This document shows, one piece after another, positions 29,196 through 37,099 of a DNA stretch of 47,497 nt (the first letter of the stretch is position 1; each line of letters begins with the position of its first letter). A model generated the notes under the pieces. It ran no database searches. It worked only from the letters and a program-made list of their open reading frames with translations, and was not told where the DNA came from. Made by a program: the position numbers and the translations under genes. The stretch comes from Desulfatiglandales bacterium (GTDB lineage: Bacteria; Desulfobacterota; DSM-4660; Desulfatiglandales; HGW-15). The DNA lies in NCBI GenBank assembly GCA_030145585.1, contig JAQYVK010000066.1:1-47497 (forward strand), read 5' to 3'.

Positions 29196-29750
29196 GAGGC
29201 TGTCGGAAAACGCCCATTTGCTGCGTTACCCTCATCCCTCGTCACTGCGGCGTATAAAGAGGGCGCAGGGCCCATGGCTTAGGGGGGATATTAAACTGCT
29301 TTTTAGTTTGAGCTAAACCCACCGCTTCTAGTGGTGGACCCGGAAAGGTTCACCCGTTCCGGCGAGAAAAAAATACTCGTTAGCGCCAGATTAAAGCATT
29401 TTTTTGAACGTCCAACATCGAACATTGAACATTGAACATCGAATGATGAACTCGCTTCGCTCGGCCATTTTATAACAAATTTTAGCATGCCTTATTCAAA
29501 ATTCGACGTTGGATGTTCGATGTTCCTATTCTTTTCGTTTTAACAGCGGCGTCCTTGATATAGATTAGTAATCTTGATAATCGTATTGTTTTCAGACCCC
29601 TTCGAGGGGTCTTCCTGAGGCCTCCCGCTCTGCGGGAGGAGACTCACTCCTTGCGCCTTGAGCCTTATGCCTTATGCCCTTGGCATACACCTCATTCCTC
29701 GGGATTTCGTCCCGCATGGATCTGCGGGATGGACGTTTTCCATCAGCCTC
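29196..29750. repeat. 555-bp TIR-bounded non-coding element (family C) filling the ACAD-helicase spacer; contains a family-B-like CGAACAT-rich hairpin and several GC hairpins
   Basis: GAGGCTGTCGGAAAACGCCC (29196-29215) versus the reverse complement of 29731-29750, GAGGCTGATGGAAAACGTCC: 17 of 20 match. Confidence 0.55.
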
Positions 29751-29827
29751 TCAGAAGCCGGTTTTTCGACAGTTTCATTGGAAACCAATCTTGAAAAAGA
29801 CTGATTTGTATTTGTAAATCATGACAA

Positions 29828-32536
29828 ATGACGTACCATAAACGTGACTTCCGCCCGCCCGGTAAAAGGATATATCGGAAAAGGCGCGGTGGCATCAAGA
29901 AGGGTCTGTACGAAAACCCGAGGCTAGACCCTCAACTAAAAAATACCTTTAAAAAAATAGGCATCCCTGAACCCACCCCCTTTCAACCGGACCCATTTCA
30001 GATAGAGGCCCTGGATCGCATCAAAGACGTCGACGTCCTCGTCAGTGCTCCAACAGGGGCCGGAAAGACGTGGATCGCTTCCCAGACTATTACACGGTAT
30101 ATTACCGAAGGCCTGAAAGTCTGGTATGCATCTCCGCTGAAGGCCCTTTCTAACTCCATCTATTTAGAATTCAGCAATGAATTTGGCAGCGAGAACTGCG
30201 GGATTTTGACAGGAGATCGAAAAGAGAATCCGGAGGCCCCAATTATCGTGGGGACGACCGAGATCCTCCGAAATCAGCTCTATGACGCCATGCATGAAGG
30301 GACGGATATACAGGCTGATTTAGTGATACTGGATGAGGCCCACTATCTCAGCGATCCGGATCGTGGAGTGGTCTGGGAAGAAGTCCTGATTTACCTCCCT
30401 CCGAGGGTGAGACTCCTGCTCCTGTCAGCGACCATTTCCAATGGGGAAGAAATCTGTTCATGGTTGCAGGAGAATCGAAAAATTCAGGCGAAGGTCGTCA
30501 TTTCCAAAGAAAGGCCGGTTCATCTGGAGATGCTCTTCCTTTTCTCGGATGGTCTCGTTTCACCCCTGTCCAACAAACGGGGTTTGACCCCTCAGGTCAA
30601 AAAATTTGTGGCGGCTCAGAAAGGGGGGCGGAGGCGATGGGGCTCCGGAAAGTTGGATTTTGGCGAAATCATCAAGGTCCTTAGAGAGTTTGATCTCCTG
30701 CCCACCATCTTTTTTCTGAAGTCTAGGAAGGATTGTGACCAGGCCCTTCTTTCCTGCCATCACAAAAGGAAACCCCATGATCAAAGAGAACTTCTCAAGA
30801 AGGAAGTAAAAACCTTTTTACGCAAATATCCTCATCTTGAAGGACACCGCCAAATGGCCCAATTGCTGGGCTCCGGGGTCGGCTCCCATCATGCGGGGCA
30901 GCTCCCTTATTGGAAGATTCTGATAGAAAAGATGATGAATAAAAGTTATCTGGAAGCAATATTTTCTACCTCCACTGTTGCGGCGGGGGTAAATTTCCCG
31001 GCACGGACAGTAGTGTTGGTTCAGAGCGATCGCTACAACGGACATGAGTTCATGAATTTAACGGCCACAGATCTCCACCAGATGACCGGACGGGCCGGAA
31101 GAAGGGGAAAAGATAATATCGGTTTTGCCTTGGTTGTACCAGGCCTCCACCAGGACCCCCAACTCATTTATGAGCTGAAAGATTCTCTCCCTGAGCCCCT
31201 CATGAGTCAGATTCATATCAATTTTTCCATGACCCTGAATCTCCTCCTCTCTCACGCGCCTTGGGAAGTAAAAAATCTTTTGAACCGATCCTTTGCCTCT
31301 TTCCAGGAGAGAAAATCGGGATCCGATCTTCAAAAAAAGTGGGAAGATATGCTGGAAATCTTGAGAAAAGCCATCCCGAAAGGAAAATGTGACACGGGGG
31401 ATCCCTATGAAGTCCTGGAAAATATCCAGAAGAAAACCGAGTTACAGAGGAAAGCGAAACAACTCAAAAAGAACATCCTTAATGGAAGGAGGCTCAGTCT
31501 TGTCAAAGATCATTTGAAACCGGGAAGGCTTTTTCTTCATAAGAACAAGGGTGTTTATGTGGTGTTTCATACCACTATGGAAAAAGGGGGATTGATCTGT
31601 GCGTCCCACAACATTCAAAAGACCGTTCGGAAGCGGAGAAGAAATTTCCGGTTACGGAAAGTCGCCCATCAACAAATAAAAATGCTTTTCAATCACCGGG
31701 TCGATATAAACGAAGATTACTCCCTGCTAAGGCTTCAACGTATTTTCGATGACGTCCGGATAGAGGATCTGGAAGTCCTTGATTTGGAGCAATCCGAGAC
31801 GAAGCAAGACGAGAGCCCACTGGACGCTGTTCAGAGAAGACTGGAGGCGCTACCGTGTAAAGATTGTGAAAATGAAGAGGCCTGCCAGAGGGCGATGAAA
31901 AAAGAGTTGAAAAAAATTTTAGGGGATTTTCGGGCGCTCGCTTATCAGATGGAGAGAATGGGCGGGGGATTATGGGTGAGTTTCAAACGGTATGTTCGAT
32001 TTTTAAGAGAGACAGGTTTCGTTGATGAGACGGAACGATTAACAGGCGATGGGATTTGGGCCTCCAAACTAAGGCTGGACCAACCCCTCTTGATCGCAGA
32101 AGCGATCAGAAAGGGTGGGTTCAATGGCCTATCGTCAGAAATCATGGCCGGCTGCATTGCGCCCTTTGTATGGGATAGAGACCAGGAAGTGGAACTGACT
32201 CAAGAAAGCCCGATAAAACTCAATCAATGCGAAAAGGCATTCTGGGGAATCCTTGAACAAATAGAGGATATCAGAAGGTTAAAAGTGAAACGGGGATTTG
32301 AAAACCCTCCGATCCTTTTCTGGCCTGCAGCCGCGATTTTTCTTTGGGCAAAAGGGGTCTCTTGGGATCGGCTGTTATCTTTTATACCGGTAGACGAAGG
32401 GGATATGGCCTCCCTGATTGTGAGAACAGCTGACCATCTCAGACAGGTGACGAACCTGAAAGAGACCCATTCAGAACTCACGACGGTTGCGCGAAAAGCC
32501 ATAGAGCTCGTCTTGCGAGAGCCCGTAATTATATAG
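29828..32536 (+). CDS. Ski2/HelY-like DEAD/DEAH-box (superfamily 2) helicase with DSHCT-like C-terminal domain
   Basis: Motif I SAPTGAGKT, motif II LDEAHY, motif III SAT, motif VI QMTGRAGRRG. The C-terminal EGDMASLIVRTADHLRQV resembles the DSHCT domain. No SD before ATG 29828. Confidence 0.85.
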   Translation: MTYHKRDFRPPGKRIYRKRRGGIKKGLYENPRLDPQLKNTFKKIGIPEPTPFQPDPFQIEALDRIKDVDVLVSAPTGAGKTWIASQTITRYITEGLKVWYASPLKALSNSIYLEFSNEFGSENCGILTGDRKENPEAPIIVGTTEILRNQLYDAMHEGTDIQADLVILDEAHYLSDPDRGVVWEEVLIYLPPRVRLLLLSATISNGEEICSWLQENRKIQAKVVISKERPVHLEMLFLFSDGLVSPLSNKRGLTPQVKKFVAAQKGGRRRWGSGKLDFGEIIKVLREFDLLPTIFFLKSRKDCDQALLSCHHKRKPHDQRELLKKEVKTFLRKYPHLEGHRQMAQLLGSGVGSHHAGQLPYWKILIEKMMNKSYLEAIFSTSTVAAGVNFPARTVVLVQSDRYNGHEFMNLTATDLHQMTGRAGRRGKDNIGFALVVPGLHQDPQLIYELKDSLPEPLMSQIHINFSMTLNLLLSHAPWEVKNLLNRSFASFQERKSGSDLQKKWEDMLEILRKAIPKGKCDTGDPYEVLENIQKKTELQRKAKQLKKNILNGRRLSLVKDHLKPGRLFLHKNKGVYVVFHTTMEKGGLICASHNIQKTVRKRRRNFRLRKVAHQQIKMLFNHRVDINEDYSLLRLQRIFDDVRIEDLEVLDLEQSETKQDESPLDAVQRRLEALPCKDCENEEACQRAMKKELKKILGDFRALAYQMERMGGGLWVSFKRYVRFLRETGFVDETERLTGDGIWASKLRLDQPLLIAEAIRKGGFNGLSSEIMAGCIAPFVWDRDQEVELTQESPIKLNQCEKAFWGILEQIEDIRRLKVKRGFENPPILFWPAAAIFLWAKGVSWDRLLSFIPVDEGDMASLIVRTADHLRQVTNLKETHSELTTVARKAIELVLREPVII

Positions 32537-32603
32537 GGTACTTCTCCCAGGTAGTTGGGAGAAAGGCGTTTACACCCATCAAAGAGATGGTGGGCAAAAC
32601 ATC

Positions 32604-32670
32604 GAGGGTTCAATGGGGCCGCGTCCGCTAAAAGAAATGCGGCCGGGGATTCAAGGGTTCAAGTGTCCCC
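32604..32670. repeat. solo family-A repeat (GAGGGTTCAATGGGGCCGCGTCCGC-loop-GCGGCCGGGGATTCAAGGGTTCAAGTGTCCCC)
   Basis: Read directly, between the convergent helicase and rhodanese genes. Confidence 0.6.
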
Positions 32671-32708
32671 ATTTGAACCTTTAGAGAATTTTGAACACGG
32701 CCCAATCT

Positions 32709-33638
32709 CTATCTTGAACGCCCCTCGGATACAATCGGTGTCTCCGGATCGTTTCCCCATTCCGCCCAGGAACCATCGTAGAGCCTAACCTTGGGATAAC
32801 CCAACAGTCTAAGGGTGAAATAGCTATGGGCGGCCCGTATGCCTGTCTGACAGTGGGTGACGATCTCTTTATCGGCGGCGATTCCGGCCTCTTCATACAT
32901 GGCTCGAAGGTCTTTAGACGGAAGAAAGACTTTGTCATTGTCACCGGTCAAATTTTTTATCCAATTGAGGTTGACGGCACCCGGGATATGTCCTCCTCTG
33001 CCGGCCCTCACATTTTCACCCTGGTACTCAAGAGGGCTGCGAACATCGAGGACTTTGACTTGAATGTTTTGGAGGTTTTCAAGGATCCAGTCCTTTGTGG
33101 CTAGCCTCTCTGAATGAACTAGAGGGACAAAAGAACCTTTGGTTTGTACGGAGATATCTTTCGAAACATCGCGGCCCTCATTCATCCATTTATTCCATCC
33201 CCCATTTAGGAGTCGTACATCTTCATGCCCCAAGTATTCTAGGGCCCAAAACAGTCTGGAAGCCCATAATCCCCCGACGCTGTCGTATATCACCACGGTG
33301 CTGTCATTGCTTATCCCGGCTTTTTCCAGAACACCGACAACTTTCTCCACATAAGCCAGCATACCCGGGACCTTCCCGATCTTTGTGGTGATCAAGCCTC
33401 TGTCCATAAAAATCGCGCTGGGGATATGTCCTATTTTGTAGTCCCCTAGGTTCCTGCCAAAGTCGATAATACGGAGATGGGAACGACTCATATGCTCACT
33501 TAACCAACTTGTTTCCACAAGCTTTTGCGGGTTAAAGTATTCGAGTTCCCGTGCTGTCCCAGCGCAAGGTAGGACAAACAGAATGACCAGGAAAGTTGAC
33601 AGTCCAAATGAAAAAATCCTTAAAGGAAATGATTTCAT
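32709..33638 (-). CDS. secreted tandem-rhodanese sulfurtransferase (thiosulfate/3-mercaptopyruvate sulfurtransferase type)
   Basis: Two rhodanese domains with active-site loop THCQTGIRAAH and the end LYDGSWAEWG. Start at ATG 33638 (MKSFPLRIFSFGLSTFLVILFVLPCAG signal peptide) with AGAGGTG upstream. Confidence 0.85.
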   Translation of the reverse strand: MKSFPLRIFSFGLSTFLVILFVLPCAGTARELEYFNPQKLVETSWLSEHMSRSHLRIIDFGRNLGDYKIGHIPSAIFMDRGLITTKIGKVPGMLAYVEKVVGVLEKAGISNDSTVVIYDSVGGLWASRLFWALEYLGHEDVRLLNGGWNKWMNEGRDVSKDISVQTKGSFVPLVHSERLATKDWILENLQNIQVKVLDVRSPLEYQGENVRAGRGGHIPGAVNLNWIKNLTGDNDKVFLPSKDLRAMYEEAGIAADKEIVTHCQTGIRAAHSYFTLRLLGYPKVRLYDGSWAEWGNDPETPIVSEGRSR

Positions 33639-33772
33639 TTTACACCTCTTTCTAAAAACTTCTCGGAATATGTCATTGAAAACAGAAACGACCCCCATCC
33701 GACAGGAGTTGATTGAGGGATGGACAGGTATCGACTTTTACTTCATATCCGGCTCAGCATCATGAACGTTCC

Positions 33773-34279
33773 TCAAGCCAGTTCGACCTGCTCCCTGAAA
33801 CCGAAACGGATATGGTTGTCCAGGTAATACAAGACGCTCGGTTGAAACCGATAGAGCCTTACCTTGAATCTATTCATCATGGCGGACAGATTCAACTCCT
33901 GGGTTGAATCGAAAAAATCTTTGGTGAAAGGGTATTTCTTGAGATAGGCGCGGAGAGACTGAATGGATTCCAGGCCGGGAGGGACCAAACTGATGATGCC
34001 GGACGCCTGTATTCCTCGAATTTCTTTCCACGTAGAGGCGGGTACCGATATAGCCCCGGAAGCTCGACCATTTTTCAGGGATTCCTGGATATGCCGGGAT
34101 GCGGGGTCGGAGAAAAAATAGAGGGTGAATCCTCGGTTTACATAGTAAACAGCGGCGGCCCAGGGGGTATCCCCCTGAGAGGTTGCGAGAGTTAGGGTGC
34201 TTTGCTCAGCAAGCAAGCTTTCTGTGAGGCCTTTCAGATCCAGTTTCTCGGAAGGTTTCCCGTTTGCTGACTTGTCCAT
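33773..34279 (-). CDS. pyridoxamine 5'-phosphate oxidase-family (FMN-binding split barrel) protein
   Basis: LTLATSQGDTPWAAAVYYV..GFTLYFFSDPASRH and RGIQASG are typical of PNPOx-like proteins. Confidence 0.7.
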   Translation of the reverse strand: MDKSANGKPSEKLDLKGLTESLLAEQSTLTLATSQGDTPWAAAVYYVNRGFTLYFFSDPASRHIQESLKNGRASGAISVPASTWKEIRGIQASGIISLVPPGLESIQSLRAYLKKYPFTKDFFDSTQELNLSAMMNRFKVRLYRFQPSVLYYLDNHIRFGFREQVELA

Positions 34280-34416
34280 ATCTTGCCCTTCAGTACGCGG
34301 CGCTTAAACCGTTAGACGCCAATTCTTTCCGCTCCATTCTGTCAAAAATTTACCAGGAACACAAGAGCAGTGGAGGGCATTTCCAATTTCGGTTCTTCTC
34401 CAATTTAGTTGGAGAA

Positions 34417-34816
34417 GGGGGTCGGCCCGCCCCAAAAAAAAGCGGGCTGGATTCCAGGGGTCGCGCCCGCTAAAAAAGATGGCGGGCGGGGATTCAAGGG
34501 TTTGTTTTCTAAAGACTTTATCAGCGTTTTAGCGTTCTTTCGATTTCTGCGACGTCTTTTTTGGGTACCCAATTCACCTTTTTCAATTAAATTAAAACAC
34601 CCTACCAATAGGATCTGCATTTTCAAGTTGCAAACAGAATCATAAGATATGCAAAGCATGCTAATGTAATCATGGTTGTCTTTCTTCTTTTGGTAGTTTT
34701 GCTATTTTTCTATATATCTTTCAACAGAGTTCGTTTGACTTTTGCAAGACTTTCAACTCTTTGTAATTCTTTAGCATTTCACTCGAACCCTTGAATCCTC
34801 GACCCCTTGTACCCTC
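34417..34816. repeat. family-A repeat pair (double unit 34417-34504, inverted unit 34780-34816) enclosing about 275 bp of AT-rich unique DNA; MITE-like
   Basis: Left: GCCCGCCCCAAAAAAAAGCGGGC, GGATTCCAGGGG, GCGCCCGCTAAAAAAGATGGCGGGCGGGGATTCAAGGG. Right: CACTCGAACCCTTGAATCCTCGACCCCTTG. Confidence 0.65.
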
Positions 34817-34904
34817 TGGGATCACACCTACTCAATTGGAGATAACCGACTTATTGGGCCTTAATTAACTACACCCAGTAGGGAGACGCTCCCCCATTTC
34901 TTTC

Positions 34905-34933
34905 TTGCAAAAGACAATGTTTTGTGCTAAAGT
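34905..34933 (+). promoter_or_regulatory. sigma70-type promoter candidate for the DUF2914 gene (TTGCAA-17-TGcTAAAGT)
   Basis: TTGCAA 34905-34910, 17-nt spacer ending in TGC, TAAAGT 34928-34933, about 50 nt before ATG 34982. Confidence 0.4.
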
Positions 34934-34981
34934 TTCTAAGTTGGAAGGAATGAATTGAATTTAATATGAGGAGAAAATATT

Positions 34982-35398
34982 ATGAAACGCTTTAGCTCAT
35001 GGTTTACTATTATGATAGCGTTGTTTATACTTTGTACAGTCTTCACCTCAAAGGCCCAGTCACAGGATATGGGCACAGTTCAGGTAGTCGAAGGCACCAT
35101 TTGTACGGATGTGGCTGACAGGATCTGTATAAACAGCAGCACCCGATTCACAGCCCCTGTAGATACGCTCTTCTGCTTCACAAAGGTTGTGGGCGCCCAA
35201 AATAACACCCATGTAACCCATGTCTGGTATTTTGGCGAAACGGAAAGGGCCCGTGTGGGACTGGACGTTCGTTCTGGAAGCTGGCGTACAAATAGTTCTA
35301 AGATTATCCAACCTCATGAGCTTGGGGATTGGCACGTGGATGTACTGGGGGAGGATGGCCAGCTGCTAATGGTTATTCCCTTTGAAGTTCATCTATAG
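34982..35398 (+). CDS. secreted DUF2914-family protein
   Basis: Signal peptide, then VTHVWYFGETERARVGLDVRSGSWRTNSSKII.PHELGDWHVDVLGEDGQLL, which matches the DUF2914 W..v.l.v....WR..S.K....G.W.V.v pattern. Confidence 0.65.
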   Translation: MKRFSSWFTIMIALFILCTVFTSKAQSQDMGTVQVVEGTICTDVADRICINSSTRFTAPVDTLFCFTKVVGAQNNTHVTHVWYFGETERARVGLDVRSGSWRTNSSKIIQPHELGDWHVDVLGEDGQLLMVIPFEVHL

Positions 35399-35606
35399 GA
35401 AAAACCCAACCAGCTGAAAGTCTCTTTCAGCCGGATAGCCAGAAAATCCCCAATATAATAGTGGGCCATCTTATTTGTTGGCTTTATAATGGATAACAGG
35501 GGTTCTAAGCGTAAAAAATAAAATGATTATTGCACTCGCTGTCCAGGCGAGATCTCTTGCAAGATAGGGAAAACAAACACAGGGTTTAAGCGTGAGGTAA
35601 ATTGGA

Positions 35607-35643
35607 GGCCGGGCTATATTAATTTTGCCCGGCCTTTTTTATT
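35607..35643 (+). terminator. rho-independent terminator (GGCCGGGC-12 nt loop-GCCCGGCC-TTTTTTATT)
   Basis: 8-bp GC stem at 35607-35614 / 35627-35634 followed by a T-run; it lies 210 nt after the DUF2914 stop. Confidence 0.75.
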
Positions 35644-35700
35644 GAAACTTGGAAGCCCTGGTCTTGAAGGCCAGATCAGAGCTCAGCGGCTCTGCCGTGA

Positions 35701-36035
35701 AGATGACACCATACGGTTAAATTCGAAATCCGAATATCGAAATCCGAAATTCACCAGCCTGAGGCTGGCAAGAATCCAAAGCTATAATGTTCTAATGACA
35801 AAAACAAAAAGACCTATTTACAGTCTCGAAATCGAATGTCGTACAGTGCGGTTTAGGTCATTTGGGTTTTGATCATTCGATATTGCCCGCCCTGTTAAAC
35901 AGCTCGTAGAATATTTAAATCATAAATAAGCAACATAATGTATATGCAAACACGGCCACAGCCAGTAACATATTATTTAACAGGGTAAAAATTTCTGATT
36001 TCGAGATTCGAATTTTTATGTTCTACAGCGCGATG
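35701..36035. repeat. family-B composite hairpin repeat, copy 2 (same orientation as copy 1; core 35880-36016)
   Basis: Same 31-nt left terminus and the same core (2 differences in 137 nt). It carries an extra CAGCCTGAGGCTG hairpin in the left arm. Confidence 0.85.
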
Positions 36036-36085
36036 TCCCACCTATGGGGTGTTACCTCAAAACCGGGTCCTCTGGGCCCGCATCT

Positions 36086-36790
36086 TTACTCTGGGTCCTT
36101 TCCGGGGTGTTGGAATAACTTTCCCATTGAGAAGAGGTTGTTTCGTTCTATCCATCGAGGAACGAGTAGAAAGAGGATGACCATAATCAATCCGAGGACG
36201 ATGGTGAGGCCTTTACCTACAACAATAATGGATCCGAAGGTGTTATATAAAAACGTCAAGGGAAGCATGCCCAAAAAGGTAGCTATACAGAAATGTTTGA
36301 GAGACATTTTGGTCAAACCTGCCCCGTAGCTTATGATATCAAAGGAGACGACCGGTAACAGCCTCGAGAAAAACACGATTTTTGTGAGGAGTTTGTTGGA
36401 ACAAGCTGTGCAGAAATTGATGTGGCCGCCGAGAAATCTTTCGATCCATTCCCGCCCCAGAAGCCGCGCTATCAAGAAACTCAAAGAAGCCCCCCCCAGC
36501 GCTCCCAAGGATGAATAAAGGGTCCCCAGGATGGGGCCAAAAAAAATCCCCGCGGTGATATCGAGGGGTAAGCTGGGAATCGGGCTGATGACGACAGCCA
36601 TGGCCATGAAGAGCATGTATACAAAAGGGGCAAATCCTCCCGTACGGGATAATATGGCCTGGATTCGATGAGGGTCAAAATATACGGTCAAATCCCACAC
36701 AAATTGGGAAAGGAAAAAGATGAGTGCCAAGAGCGCAAACAGGAGGATTTTAAGAACGGTTTTTTTATCAAAAAAATGTGATGCCTCCAT
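36086..36790 (-). CDS. TVP38/TMEM64 (DedA-related, SNARE-associated) family membrane protein
   Basis: Multi-TM protein with SPIPSLPLDITAGIFFGPILGTLYSSLGALGGASLSFLIARLLGREWIERF. Confidence 0.8.
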   Translation of the reverse strand: MEASHFFDKKTVLKILLFALLALIFFLSQFVWDLTVYFDPHRIQAILSRTGGFAPFVYMLFMAMAVVISPIPSLPLDITAGIFFGPILGTLYSSLGALGGASLSFLIARLLGREWIERFLGGHINFCTACSNKLLTKIVFFSRLLPVVSFDIISYGAGLTKMSLKHFCIATFLGMLPLTFLYNTFGSIIVVGKGLTIVLGLIMVILFLLVPRWIERNNLFSMGKLFQHPGKDPE

Positions 36791-36913
36791 CAGACCTCAT
36801 GAGACGGCATGAAAGAAGATGGCGCACTCTCCCGATACCTTTAGTATCTTAGTTTTAATTTTTGCGCATTTTGTGGCAAAAAATTTATCAAGACAGACAA
36901 CTCATAGAGATAA

Positions 36914-37085
36914 CAAAATCCGAATATCGAATATCGAAATACGAAACAAAATCGAATTACCAAAATTCTAATGACAAAAACAGGAAAATGACCTGGAAGA
37001 CGTTGAATTCTGATGTTGTTTTGGTCATTGAAACATTCGGATTTACGATTTGTTTCGAGTTTCTGATTTCGAATTTCGAATTTCC
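36914..37085. repeat. family-B simple hairpin repeat, copy 3 (imperfect inverted repeat of about 170 nt, lacks the 137-bp core)
   Basis: The left arm AAAATCCGAATATCGAATATCGAAATACGAAACAAAATCGAATTACCAAAATTCTAATGACAAAAACA pairs with the right arm TGTTTTGGTCATTGAAACATTCGGATTTACGATTTGTTTCGAGTTTCTGATTTCGAATTTCGAATTTCC. Confidence 0.75.
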
Positions 37086-37099
37086 GGACAAGCAGAAAA

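Noticed and set aside
34623-34673. Second tiny hydrophobic ORF (MITLACFAYLMILFAT, minus strand) inside the family-A-bounded segment; it superficially resembles the 18-aa mini-ORF (shared FAY).
   Set aside because: It has no nucleotide similarity to the family-B core, no second copy to test conservation and no RBS. Short hydrophobic ORFs are expected by chance in AT-rich DNA.
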